Part shown: positions 43,740 to 53,163 of the stretch, piece after piece
How the letters are laid out: every line of letters starts with the position of its first letter
Numbering within the stretch: the first letter of the stretch is position 1
Source of the DNA: a virus
Strand: one strand, 5' to 3'
IMG/VR virus record: IMGVR_UViG_3300042520_003271
Location: 1-64,000 of that record
Length of the DNA stretch: 64,000 bases
Notes under the pieces: generated by a model
Database searches by the model: none
The model's input: only the letters and a program-made list of their open reading frames with translations
What the model was told of the DNA's origin: nothing
Position numbers and translations under genes: made by a program

Positions 43740-44145
43740 TGACCCTTTTGTACCCGAGATTTATTTCGAAATATTTCGCTCTTCCTCTTCTAGCATATTC
43801 AAAGAGCACATGATAAAAATTAGCAAAGCCGTGCACCACGAATACCATAATAATATAATTCAGATAAAAGTTTTCATTTATTAAAGCTGGCGTCAACCAA
43901 GACAAAGAAATACTTACCCATACCGACATACAGTAGCCGCATTGAAACACACTATCCAAGAACCACCACAGTCCATAGTTAGAAATGCTAGTTATGTTTT
44001 TATCTCTTAAGATATCTCTAAATGGTTGGACCAACTTACTAGCAACTAATATCTCGGTAATTCTCTCGGCGGCAACACTAATTAGTGCTAGGCAAATTAA
44101 ATCTGCTATCACGATAAGATTTTCCTGCAGTTGTTGTTCGAACAT
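43726..44145 (-). CDS. DUF1360-like membrane protein with CxxC
   Basis: AAERITEILV...PFR...LDSVFQCGYCMSVWVS; about three hydrophobic segments. Confidence 0.65.
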   Translation of the reverse strand: MFEQQLQENLIVIADLICLALISVAAERITEILVASKLVQPFRDILRDKNITSISNYGLWWFLDSVFQCGYCMSVWVSISLSWLTPALINENFYLNYIIMVFVVHGFANFYHVLFEYARRGRAKYFEINLGYKRVNEDG

Positions 44146-44375
44146 TGAATTCTTTGACGTCCAGAAATATTTACACGAATTGTATGGCTATCGCATTTTG
44201 GGCACTTAATGATGTTAGGTGCCGCAACTGATGCCATAGGCACGATCTCTGGCCTAGAAGCGCTTTTAAGCTGTATGACTCTCTGCGGCCGATTTTGCTC
44301 GGCAGCCTGTGGTCTAACTTGTTCGGTCACTGGTTGTGACCTTTGCACTCCGCTTGATCCGCATCCACATCCCAT
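44109..44375 (-). CDS. Small protein with MGCGCG N-terminus and C-terminal zinc ribbon
   Basis: MGCGCG...CPKC...CSNNNC. Confidence 0.7.
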   Translation of the reverse strand: MGCGCGSSGVQRSQPVTEQVRPQAAEQNRPQRVIQLKSASRPEIVPMASVAAPNIIKCPKCDSHTIRVNISGRQRIQCSNNNCRKILS

Positions 44376-44377
44376 AA

Positions 44378-44527
44378 TTACACCCTATGCCTATCGATTT
44401 TGGTCGGGTATTTTGGTGGTGTTTTTCTGACATCTAAACGATCAATCACTGGTTTATGTTTAGCTGCAGACACCCTCTCGATATTATTAATCGGTATTAC
44501 TCTGGTTTTATGTCCGCAGCAGCCCAT
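44378..44527 (-). CDS. 49-aa peptide MGCCGHKTRVIPINNIERVSAAKHKPVIDRLDVRKTPPKYPTKIDRHRV
   Basis: Below the ORF-track cutoff; AGGAG RBS 6 nt upstream; fills the gap exactly; N-term echoes the next gene. Confidence 0.7.
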   Translation of the reverse strand: MGCCGHKTRVIPINNIERVSAAKHKPVIDRLDVRKTPPKYPTKIDRHRV

Positions 44528-44542
44528 GAAGTTCTCCTATTT

Positions 44543-45214
44543 TTATGTTTCCACGAAAAATGAAGTGGGGTCAATGTTGGATGCAAAATCCTTCCATCTA
44601 CAGAAATACAAAGATGGTAATTGTAGAGACTCAAAGACCTTATTATTTTTGGAGTGGCTAACGTTTAGGGATATTTTGGGCGCGATATGGTAATACCCAT
44701 ATGAAATACTCGGGAACCAAATCGGTTGATTTACTTCTAAAGATTTAGCATAATTTGCAGCTGCTAAAACACTGGGCTTTAAGATGTTATATAAGAACAA
44801 TCGCTGGTCAACAGCGACCCAATCAAAGTTGGCGTGAGGCTTAAAAAATAGCATCGGAAAAAATAATCGTTTAAATACTGTTTCTAATATAGTGCAATCA
44901 TATGTTGCTTGGTGCCACCAACTTGTAAAGATCGTAGTTTCATGGCTACTTAACAATGCGTCAAGACTGAAACCATGGCCAGATTTGGCCTCAATGGAGC
45001 AATGTACCATCCCTTTCACAGGTATAACATCAGCAGTGGATTCACGTTCGACCACTGTTGCGTCTCGACCTTCGACTCTTCGCCTTCTGAACTCGACTCC
45101 TGTCCAGTCAGTTAAAAGGTGAGCTACTCGCCGTTCTAATGTCTTACCTTTTCTAACATTAGATTTACCTATTCTCGACCTGTCCGGTTTTTTCGTCGTT
45201 TCTTCTTCTGGCAT
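44543..45214 (-). CDS. Holliday junction resolvase-like PD-(D/E)xK nuclease
   Basis: KGKTLERRVA..L, ADVI, IEAK, WWHQA..D, PMLFFK. Confidence 0.75.
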   Translation of the reverse strand: MPEEETTKKPDRSRIGKSNVRKGKTLERRVAHLLTDWTGVEFRRRRVEGRDATVVERESTADVIPVKGMVHCSIEAKSGHGFSLDALLSSHETTIFTSWWHQATYDCTILETVFKRLFFPMLFFKPHANFDWVAVDQRLFLYNILKPSVLAAANYAKSLEVNQPIWFPSISYGYYHIAPKISLNVSHSKNNKVFESLQLPSLYFCRWKDFASNIDPTSFFVET

Positions 45215-45317
45215 TTGGCGCTAGCCTTCACGGGGATTCCGTAGTATAATAGATAATATATTCCGCCATCAGTTGTTACCAATGATACAATACGGAAGTA
45301 ATTCTTAATTACTTACA

Positions 45318-45593
45318 TCAAGCGGAATTGACTTGTGATTGATTATATGTGATTATAATTGATTGGTCGATATGACTGACTACGAAGTTATCGTCTGCCT
45401 CTAACTTAATAAAATCCTTCATCGTAGGATAACCAGACGAATTAGGAACTGCGGCGTCAGGGATAACCAAAAATTCCATGCTTGTGGATTTCATGGTATT
45501 GATAGAAGCGCTGGGACCGCTTTTGTCGATCCTAGCGCCGTTGATATCAACTGTGAATAAACCCAAACGTACAAAATGTACACCAATAGCCAT
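45318..45593 (-). CDS. Hypothetical protein
   Basis: 91-aa ORF with GAGG RBS downstream of the SSB gene. Confidence 0.6.
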   Translation of the reverse strand: MAIGVHFVRLGLFTVDINGARIDKSGPSASINTMKSTSMEFLVIPDAAVPNSSGYPTMKDFIKLEADDNFVVSHIDQSIIITYNQSQVNSA

Positions 45594-45604
45594 TGTCGGA
45601 CCTC

Positions 45605-46558
45605 TTAATCGTCATTAAGCTGCCCAAGCAGATTATCGATTTCCGTATCGGAAGTCGCACTGTTGGGTTTACTTATTTTTTCCCCTGCACCCTTTGCTGG
45701 TGCTGGCTTCGCTGGTGTTTTACCTTCCAACTCATCAACATCAAAACTAGTATCAGCCTTGTTGTTGCTAGGAGGGGTATATTCATCACCATTGATAACA
45801 CTATTAAGGAGTGATTTAAGAGCATCAGCGTCAGGCATCTGGACCTTTTCCCAAAGATTTACTCTAAGCTTTAGAAGGGCCGCTAACCCTTTAGGATTAG
45901 GCTTACCGTCAGCATCGACGACCATTGGGCCTGATTTTTCTTTTCTAAAAGCGCTGGTAGCATAGCTATTATTCTTGCCCTGTTTAAGGACAGATAATTC
46001 AAATAAACTACCATTGTTTTCATCAAAGAAAGCACCAAATGCTTCTGGCTCATCTGGGTCGCCACAATCCTCACGCTCTAGTGCCTGAGACCATAGCTTA
46101 AAACAGGTAGAGGTGGCATTAAAGAATTTTACCTTGCCTCTGAGCTCTTCTGGATTACCTTTCCAGTTGGTGAAGTAGACATTAACAAGATAATTCTCAG
46201 AAGGCATCCAATCGGATCGGATCTTTCGTCTCTTGTCTTCGTCTTTCTCATCACGCATTTGATCAAACCCGAACTGGCAGACTGGGCATTTTTCAGCCGA
46301 TCCTGCTGCTCTAGGGCATGGGTGGGGGCGATTATTTATCCAATGTGAACCATGTTTTATATAAAACAAGTCCATCGCTTTTTTCACCACACCGCTTTTA
46401 AGAGCATCACCTTCAAGAAGCGGCGGCAAAACATAGAATCTATATTTAATAGGCTCTGTCGTGCTTTCGTTCTTTTTGGGGCGGAATTCATCCGCATCCA
46501 TTTGCTTTCCAGTCATCTGATTTAACTTTTTGCGCATTGCATCAATATCGTATGCCAT
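45605..46558 (-). CDS. Single-stranded DNA-binding protein, T4 gp32-like
   Basis: RFYVLPP, H..W....CP......CPVC zinc site, YLVNVY, GKVKFF, acidic tail DTEIDNLLGQLNDD. Confidence 0.8.
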   Translation of the reverse strand: MAYDIDAMRKKLNQMTGKQMDADEFRPKKNESTTEPIKYRFYVLPPLLEGDALKSGVVKKAMDLFYIKHGSHWINNRPHPCPRAAGSAEKCPVCQFGFDQMRDEKDEDKRRKIRSDWMPSENYLVNVYFTNWKGNPEELRGKVKFFNATSTCFKLWSQALEREDCGDPDEPEAFGAFFDENNGSLFELSVLKQGKNNSYATSAFRKEKSGPMVVDADGKPNPKGLAALLKLRVNLWEKVQMPDADALKSLLNSVINGDEYTPPSNNKADTSFDVDELEGKTPAKPAPAKGAGEKISKPNSATSDTEIDNLLGQLNDD

Positions 46559-46566
46559 ATTGCACC

Positions 46567-47085
46567 TTATCTTTCTAATTTTTTAAAACCAGCCAGTGTT
46601 CTTGCCAATTCGGCTTTCATTTTTATAGCTTCGACCATGTTATACAGCTTACCGGCTTTCATCTGTATTTCACTATACGAGATCTCGGCTTTGGTTAATA
46701 ATGTATCAGCTTCAACGATACTTTTAATCTGATCAACAGTCAATTTTACATTATTTGTCCTAGCTTCTTCCAGAACCGCTTTTGTCGCTTCGGCCCTCCT
46801 TACTTTGAGTTTACGTTCAGCGATCGCCACGCCTAATCTAACTTCTGAATACACTGCAGACCAAAAGGCGAATTGGGCTGGAATATCACAGATATTCTCT
46901 TCGAGAGTCTCATAATCTATGTCGACATTTGCCAACATATCGACAGTGATTACCTTATAGACGGGTTTATTATTTTCATCAAGCCTCTCGATAACTTGAA
47001 GCTTTACATTGAATTTAAACAATGATGAATTAATAAGCTCGCGGGGCACATTAGCCAGTACCCAATCACGGTTCTCGTTTTCCAT
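46567..47085 (-). CDS. Recombination mediator, UvsY-like
   Basis: ID...LEE..CDIPAQFAFWS, long helices, KLTVDQIKSIVEAD; next to the gp32-like SSB. Confidence 0.6.
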   Translation of the reverse strand: MENENRDWVLANVPRELINSSLFKFNVKLQVIERLDENNKPVYKVITVDMLANVDIDYETLEENICDIPAQFAFWSAVYSEVRLGVAIAERKLKVRRAEATKAVLEEARTNNVKLTVDQIKSIVEADTLLTKAEISYSEIQMKAGKLYNMVEAIKMKAELARTLAGFKKLER

Positions 47086-47347
47086 CGTTGAATAATTCCT
47101 TGTTAAAACCTACCGTCTTATTCTTTGGTAATACATCATCACTATTAGATGATTTATCTCCAGACCAATTACCCCTACTAAATGATTTATTAGTAATTTC
47201 GTTAACGATACTATTCCTGATCGTTTTCCTTATATGTTCTTTGCGCCCTTCGTCGAAGCGGCGTTGTGCCTCGATTTTACGTTTTGCTCGCAAAAGAGAC
47301 TTTTCCTTAGCTCTCTGACGTATCTTCTGCAGTTTCTTGTTGTTCAT
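47066..47347 (-). CDS. Small basic hypothetical protein
   Basis: Start reassigned to MNNKK (47347) behind GAGGG; Lys/Arg-rich. Confidence 0.5.
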   Translation of the reverse strand: MNNKKLQKIRQRAKEKSLLRAKRKIEAQRRFDEGRKEHIRKTIRNSIVNEITNKSFSRGNWSGDKSSNSDDVLPKNKTVGFNKELFNDGKREP

Positions 47348-48506
47348 GTTCCCTCTGTATATTACTGTATTTATATTCTCGCCATTTCTTACCAATGCCG
47401 TATCTTAAAGGAAAATAAATATCTCTATCTATCAGCCCATCAAGCGGTTTCGACATAATCGATTTTACACTATTTATCATATATTGTATACTGCTCCGGT
47501 CGTTTTCACAAGACATTACTAAAGAATCATGGATATCGCATATAATATGTCTTGGAAATAAAGCATTAACTTTTGTAATAGTGTTTTGCATAGCATGGGC
47601 TATAGACCCTTGTAAAACACCATTTATGCCTGATAATATTGTCTTTTCCTTTGGTATAACAAATTTACGGCCTAATAAAGTTTCTAAAGGTACATCCTCA
47701 GTCAATTTATGCGCACATTCAATAAGCCAAGTCTTTAGGTCGCCATAACATATGTCAAATATGCCACTATCGAAATTAAGAGAATTTATCGCTTTAAGAA
47801 GAGCTATCTTACTGTCTTTGCGGTCTGTAAACATATTACCGGCACGATCAAAAAGATACTCGTAGGGATCACCATGCCTGAAAGCAGATTCCAATTCATC
47901 GTCTCCGGAAACTACCGATGCGATTCTAAGATCGGCGCAGATCCAGTCGAAATGCAACAATACTTTATCCTCAAAACTCCCGTCCCTTGTGATGAAATCA
48001 GGCATGTTATAGCCTTGAATATTAAAACCTGTGCATTTGCTTCTGCCAGTAAAAGTGTCATGCGACCAAGATGATTTCAGTGGTGTATAATTTACATAAA
48101 TTGGTAAATCTGAAAGCTTATCATAAACGCAACCAGCGTCGAATAATAGTTTTTTATATGGTTCTTGAACAGAAGCATCTGTGGATGCTAAAAATTCATC
48201 GAGGGCACTTGTTTCATGAATTATTTGGTTATGATCGAAGATGTTGTCGGCGATAGCTCTATTGCTATAACCCATAGCGGCGATCAGTGATGCGCGATCG
48301 TTTGTGACTATCGCGCATCTGGTGCTAACCGCATGATCGAATAATGTTTTAATCTTGGACTGGTCTATTCTAATATCACTTATGCATTTTGTGTTGCTAT
48401 TATCAAAAAGGATTTGTTTATATATCTTTTGGTCGCGTTTTATACCTATGATGGCTGGATATGCGACTTGTCTTCCTCTTTTGATAGCGAATAGAATTGG
48501 CTTCAT
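47307..48506 (-). CDS. Minimal, divergent family A DNA polymerase
   Basis: TFTGR..C..FNIQ, motif A FDWICADLRI, motif B RKDSKIALL, ETLLGR, NGVLQGSIAH, motif C IHDSLV. Confidence 0.8.
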   Translation of the reverse strand: MKPILFAIKRGRQVAYPAIIGIKRDQKIYKQILFDNSNTKCISDIRIDQSKIKTLFDHAVSTRCAIVTNDRASLIAAMGYSNRAIADNIFDHNQIIHETSALDEFLASTDASVQEPYKKLLFDAGCVYDKLSDLPIYVNYTPLKSSWSHDTFTGRSKCTGFNIQGYNMPDFITRDGSFEDKVLLHFDWICADLRIASVVSGDDELESAFRHGDPYEYLFDRAGNMFTDRKDSKIALLKAINSLNFDSGIFDICYGDLKTWLIECAHKLTEDVPLETLLGRKFVIPKEKTILSGINGVLQGSIAHAMQNTITKVNALFPRHIICDIHDSLVMSCENDRSSIQYMINSVKSIMSKPLDGLIDRDIYFPLRYGIGKKWREYKYSNIQREHEQQETAEDTSES

Positions 48507-48520
48507 AATGAATCAATACA

Positions 48521-48928
48521 TTATGTCGTTTTTGCGCCCATTACGAAATGCCTAGGTTTTGGGTCGTGTTTGCCTGCTTGGTCTAGCTTGATCTTTAAAT
48601 CTTCGACTTCTCCGGGCTGGCGCATATGACCGTATGGGTCATTATTAACTAATGTATGCTTATGCATGTCTCTTCTAGCGCCAGCGCGATCTAAATATCC
48701 ATTGCCTCTGACATATGATATAATATTATCATAACCATAAAACCTTTCTGCTCTTGATGCGCCGCAGCGTGGACATTTTAGGGCGTCAGCTAATTCTTTA
48801 CCAGCAGCTGACATGCTATGACTTGTCTCAAAAAGAACTTGAGCATCATACGTATCAGCATCGACACTAGAATTATCTTCAGCTAGCTTTTCTTCGCATG
48901 GAACGCATCTATAAATATATTCTGGCAT
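48521..48928 (-). CDS. FmdB-family zinc-ribbon protein
   Basis: MPEYIYRCVPC...FE...CPRCG...R.....GNGY. Confidence 0.75.
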   Translation of the reverse strand: MPEYIYRCVPCEEKLAEDNSSVDADTYDAQVLFETSHSMSAAGKELADALKCPRCGASRAERFYGYDNIISYVRGNGYLDRAGARRDMHKHTLVNNDPYGHMRQPGEVEDLKIKLDQAGKHDPKPRHFVMGAKTT

Positions 48929-49365
48929 TATACGAACCTGTGGATGATAGGGTCTAATGTCATAATAATATTACGTTCAGATACGATAGTAATAGTCTTA
49001 CCTTCGTATGGATATTTGGTGCCTTTAATCTCAGTGATTATATTACGCGGCATAAAAGCTACAACATCGCCTATTATAACTTGCGCATTTGCAGTTGGAG
49101 GGACACCAGGCCCAACGCCAATCACCATGCCTTCGTTTTTAAGACGCTGATGATCAGGTATTTCGATTACCGATTCTTCTTCGAATCTTAATATAGCAAC
49201 GAAATCATTAAGGCATTTGATTTCACGTATTTCAATTTCTTGGTATGTTTCTGACTCGCTGCCGCAACATTTCTTGGCTTTTGAGCATGCTTTCGGCTCA
49301 TCGACGTTTACCTTGGTATTCGATGCAGTTTCTTCTTTGATTAACTTGGCGGTCTTCGGTATCAT
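48928..49365 (-). CDS. groES: Co-chaperonin GroES/Cpn10-like protein
   Basis: IKCLNDFVAI, IEIPD, EGMVIGVGPG, IGDVVAF, IVSERNI. Confidence 0.75.
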   Translation of the reverse strand: MIPKTAKLIKEETASNTKVNVDEPKACSKAKKCCGSESETYQEIEIREIKCLNDFVAILRFEEESVIEIPDHQRLKNEGMVIGVGPGVPPTANAQVIIGDVVAFMPRNIITEIKGTKYPYEGKTITIVSERNIIMTLDPIIHRFV

Positions 49366-49559
49366 TTTATCTCCTTTAAGATTGGTTCTTCCACAATTTC
49401 AGTAAACGTTATCTTGCTTTTGCTTTTTGTGATCGCAGGGCTATTTGGGATCCTTATCCCTAACCCTGTTCCTTCTGGAATTACATTGAAACCATTCCTC
49501 TCCATTGTTTGCGCCAATGTTTTCGAAACATTGACATCAATTATGATGCGCATCTTCAT
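49362..49559 (-). CDS. Small hypothetical protein
   Basis: 65-aa ORF overlapping both neighbours by start/stop coupling. Confidence 0.55.
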   Translation of the reverse strand: MKMRIIIDVNVSKTLAQTMERNGFNVIPEGTGLGIRIPNSPAITKSKSKITFTEIVEEPILKEIK

Positions 49560-50899
49560 TAGGCCATCTCCTTAACTACCATAGTGTCATAATTAATCTC
49601 ACAGGTGATTAATTCATTCTTTGGACCATTTCTATTTTTAGCAACATAAAACCTTATTCTAGGCGGTTTTTCTAACTTATCCTCGATAGATTGGTTCAAA
49701 CTAATTACATAGTCAAGTGCGAATTGTTTACCATAACTTTCAGCGGTTTTTGATAAATCAATTGGCTCTGAACCTTCCCCCCCGCTACGATTGGTCTGAG
49801 TAGCAGTGAAGACTAATACGCTTTCGTTTTTTGCTAAACCACGTAGCTCAGTGGCGATATGCTTCTGTCTGGTATAATCATCTTTGTTATAAGCCGCATT
49901 ACGGCTGACCATTAAATCGAGGTAATCGACCACAACCACGTCAGGTTTCCAACCTTCTTTCCGTTTTAGATTATCTATTAAAGCATAAATATGGTCAACG
50001 CTGCATTCGTCTGGAGGGAATTCATATATCAATAATCTCTTATTATAGGTGTCTTTAATAGTATTAATGACTCTCCTAATATAATCTTGGTTGTTAGCCA
50101 CTTGGTCCTGTGGAATGCCAGTGGTAGCTGAAAGACATCTTAGAGCTGTCTTTATAGTATCCAATTCGAAAGTCACAAGCAGAACGTCTTGGCCATTTGT
50201 GCCATCGTTATTAGCACCTTTAAGTGAAGATATCGCGTTATTGACCAAGAGTATCGATTTGCCTGTGTTAGTCGGCGCCAGCCAGCATAAGACTTCTTTA
50301 GGTGACGGGCCGCCATTATTTAGGATGCGATCTAACCTAGGGAAGCCAGTGGTTCGGTGATCTATGGCGTCTGCTTGAAATAATTTTTCGTATTGGTCGA
50401 GTAACCAAAAGCCACCCTCACCTATGTCTGTTACTTTATTGGCCTCGGAGACTATTTTTTCTAATTCTTCAAAGCGACCTGATTCATAGGCTTGTATAGC
50501 TTCTTCGCTATAGATTAAACCATAAGCTCGGTTCTTGGCCCACTTCATTAAAGTGTCTTTGATGATCGGCACTTCTCTAGGATCTGATTTTCTATCAAGC
50601 AGTTTGAACACTATCTCAAAAGGCTGGTCAGACGTTAGTTGTTTTTCAACTATATCTCTTAACAAAGGCCTTGTAGGGATAATATTATATTTTTCGTAAT
50701 AATTGAGGAGAACCGCCATAACGTATTTGCATTCAGTTCGCCCAAACATGTCGGGCTTAAGATATCTCCCGACATTTGAAAAGAATTCTGGGTGGTCGAG
50801 TGCTAACGAGATTATCGCTTCTTCTTGGTATTTTCCGAATGGTTTTTCATCATCATTATCATTTGTGTTGCCAGCATCATAAGAAACGATCTGTGTCAT
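49559..50899 (-). CDS. Replicative helicase, DnaB / T4 gp41-like (SF4)
   Basis: TTGFPRLD, Walker A APTNTGKS, VTFE, VVVDYLDL, TATQTNR, AESYG, KNRNG. Confidence 0.9.
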   Translation of the reverse strand: MTQIVSYDAGNTNDNDDEKPFGKYQEEAIISLALDHPEFFSNVGRYLKPDMFGRTECKYVMAVLLNYYEKYNIIPTRPLLRDIVEKQLTSDQPFEIVFKLLDRKSDPREVPIIKDTLMKWAKNRAYGLIYSEEAIQAYESGRFEELEKIVSEANKVTDIGEGGFWLLDQYEKLFQADAIDHRTTGFPRLDRILNNGGPSPKEVLCWLAPTNTGKSILLVNNAISSLKGANNDGTNGQDVLLVTFELDTIKTALRCLSATTGIPQDQVANNQDYIRRVINTIKDTYNKRLLIYEFPPDECSVDHIYALIDNLKRKEGWKPDVVVVDYLDLMVSRNAAYNKDDYTRQKHIATELRGLAKNESVLVFTATQTNRSGGEGSEPIDLSKTAESYGKQFALDYVISLNQSIEDKLEKPPRIRFYVAKNRNGPKNELITCEINYDTMVVKEMA

Positions 50900-50902
50900 T
50901 TA

Positions 50903-51235
50903 TTAGCCCGTTACCCCGCAACTTGCGGAAATAAGTGATTGGATCGCCGTTAATTGACCAGCCAAATATCTTTCAGCGACCCCTAAAGCTTCACAATACG
51001 TCTGGAATTCGTCTTCCGTATAATAAACCTGCTGGGACCCAATACCACCAAAGCTAATTCTGTCGCCAAATACTCTTGGCGCACTTGGCTCGGCGGTTTT
51101 ATACCTCAGACCATATACCCATGTAGAATCGATTTTAGCCACTATACCGATTTTAACTGGTTCGATAAATCCTCTAGCGGCAGAGGATTTGAAATACACT
51201 ATGTCATTAACATCATATTTTGGACTATTTGCCAT
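50903..51235 (-). CDS. Hypothetical protein
   Basis: Start reassigned to MANSPKY behind GAGGA. Confidence 0.55.
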   Translation of the reverse strand: MANSPKYDVNDIVYFKSSAARGFIEPVKIGIVAKIDSTWVYGLRYKTAEPSAPRVFGDRISFGGIGSQQVYYTEDEFQTYCEALGVAERYLAGQLTAIQSLISASCGVTG

Positions 51236-52337
51236 TGGGGTCATCCTCATCATCAAGATATTTGTCATCTAAGTCATCATCGACCTTTACTTGGCCGAAG
51301 TCTGGGCCGAAGGCCTTTAAATATATTTCATCTTTTATCTTATTAAAAAGCACTTCGTCGTTCCTAAGAGCTTTGGATGCATTCTGGGCGCCATTACCTA
51401 GACTTTTGCCATCGTAATTGAAGAATGAACCGCTCTTCGAAATAACACCGACATCAAGGCCTACATCTAAAAGCGATGAAACGGCATCGATACCTGCTAT
51501 TGGGTATGATTTTGTACCATAAAAGATGTCGAACTCAGCTACCCTAAAAGGGGCAGCTACTTTGTTTTTAACTATTTTCATGGTAGTATGATGGCCGATA
51601 ACAGTATCGTCTGAAGATTTTATAGCAGTGCTACGTTTAATCTCTGCTCTGACAGAGGCATAGTATTTAAGCGCTCGGCCGCCAGGCGTTACTTCTGGGT
51701 TACCGAAGACCATGCCTACCTTTTCCCTAAGCTGATTTACGAACACCAAAGTAGTGCCGCTATTATTGCATTTGCCCTTTAATTTGCTTAAGGCTTTGGA
51801 CATAAGCTGAGCAAGCGCACCCATAGTGGCTTTACCGATGTCCTCTTCTAAAATAGCTTTTGGTATAAGTGCGGCCACGGAGTCTACCACCACAAGGTCA
51901 ACTTGGCCTGATTCTACCAATACTTCTATTAGCCGAAATGCATCTTCACCGCTGTCTGGCTGAGAAATACAAAGTGTTTCTGTATCGACTCCCAGCCTTC
52001 TTGCCCATTCTATATCTAGAGCGTGTTCTGCGTCAATATATGCCACAACACCATTGCGTTCTTTACCTTTAAAATAGTGCTTTTGGAAGGCTGAAGCGAT
52101 GTGGAGGCAGGTCGTTGTTTTACCGCTGCTTTCTGGCCCAAATATTTCCAACGTTCGGCCGATGGGCACACCACCAGCTCCTAGAGCCTTGTCGATAGAT
52201 GGAATACCAGTTGGAACTATACTAACATTGACTATACTGCTTCTGCCACGCATAATTGTTCCTGGCCCGAAATCTTTATCAATCCTCTTCATCAGATCTT
52301 GAAGGGTCTTCGGTGGGTCTTTCTTTTCTGCTTTCAT
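51225..52337 (-). CDS. recA: RecA recombinase (bacterial type)
   Basis: EIFGPESSGKTT, YIDAEHALD, SQPDSGE, VVDSVAAL, FVNQLREKVG, GGRALKYYASVR, VKNKVAAPF. Confidence 0.97.
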   Translation of the reverse strand: MKAEKKDPPKTLQDLMKRIDKDFGPGTIMRGRSSIVNVSIVPTGIPSIDKALGAGGVPIGRTLEIFGPESSGKTTTCLHIASAFQKHYFKGKERNGVVAYIDAEHALDIEWARRLGVDTETLCISQPDSGEDAFRLIEVLVESGQVDLVVVDSVAALIPKAILEEDIGKATMGALAQLMSKALSKLKGKCNNSGTTLVFVNQLREKVGMVFGNPEVTPGGRALKYYASVRAEIKRSTAIKSSDDTVIGHHTTMKIVKNKVAAPFRVAEFDIFYGTKSYPIAGIDAVSSLLDVGLDVGVISKSGSFFNYDGKSLGNGAQNASKALRNDEVLFNKIKDEIYLKAFGPDFGQVKVDDDLDDKYLDDEDDPNGK

Positions 52338-52596
52338 AATTATTAAACTTTCCTAAAGAATTTAAGATGTTTGTAAAGGTCCTATGATAATCTAATACTT
52401 TCTTTACATCAACCGCAGGTATCCGTATTACTATTGATTCTTTGGTCAATAGTAATTCATTTCCAATAGCTGCCGCCACCATCCACATACCGTTTGGGTT
52501 AAGCTGTTGACCCTCAGGGGCAGATAAATAGCTAACCCTACGGGTAGTATTTATAGTAACTTGATCGAATCTGCTTATTCTTTCTTCGTTTTCCAT
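52279..52596 (-). CDS. Hypothetical protein
   Basis: Probable start MENEER (52596). Confidence 0.55.
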   Translation of the reverse strand: MENEERISRFDQVTINTTRRVSYLSAPEGQQLNPNGMWMVAAAIGNELLLTKESIVIRIPAVDVKKVLDYHRTFTNILNSLGKFNNYESRKERPTEDPSRSDEED

Positions 52597-52644
52597 CAGA
52601 TAAATACCAATAATTGACAATCAAATTTAAAATTTAAGTGAGGG

Positions 52645-53163
52645 ATGAATATGAGCCTTAATAAAAAACAAAAGACTTTTCTAGAAGCACTTGATACTTA
52701 CCTTAATCAGGATGCTCAGCTTGGCCTAAAAGGTAATGATTCTAATAAATTAGATGATCAAGAACGAGTAGGTGGTTATGAATATGCTCGAAATGATGTA
52801 TATTCAAAGTTCAGAGACAAATTATTAAAAGCCAATATAGTATATATAGGCCCAATCATGCGAGCATTCAATAGCGCTCATAATATTAGGATCTTTGGAT
52901 CGCCCACCTTTTTAAGTGCTATGGAACGAGAATTAAAAGCTCAACCTATTGCTTCATCAGAAGTCGAAAAGGCTTTAGATATTGCTGAAAAATTATCAGA
53001 AGAATTAAAGAAGAGCGATTGGGCAGAACAAGATGCCGGTTTGAATTCTGATATGGATGGTATAAAAGAGGTTTCACAGCCAGAGCAAGCCTCTGAATTC
53101 GACATCATCAAGACTGACCTTAACAAGAAAAATGTAAAGGATGTTAACAATGAATTTGAATGA
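52645..53163 (+). CDS. Hypothetical acidic protein
   Basis: 172-aa plus-strand ORF with GAGG upstream. Confidence 0.6.
   Translation: MNMSLNKKQKTFLEALDTYLNQDAQLGLKGNDSNKLDDQERVGGYEYARNDVYSKFRDKLLKANIVYIGPIMRAFNSAHNIRIFGSPTFLSAMERELKAQPIASSEVEKALDIAEKLSEELKKSDWAEQDAGLNSDMDGIKEVSQPEQASEFDIIKTDLNKKNVKDVNNEFE

Noticed and set aside
45237-45297. Imperfect inverted repeat TTCCGTAGTAT...ATACAATACGGAA in an intergenic gap
   Set aside because: Short interrupted stem with a long loop; not enough to call a terminator or ncRNA.
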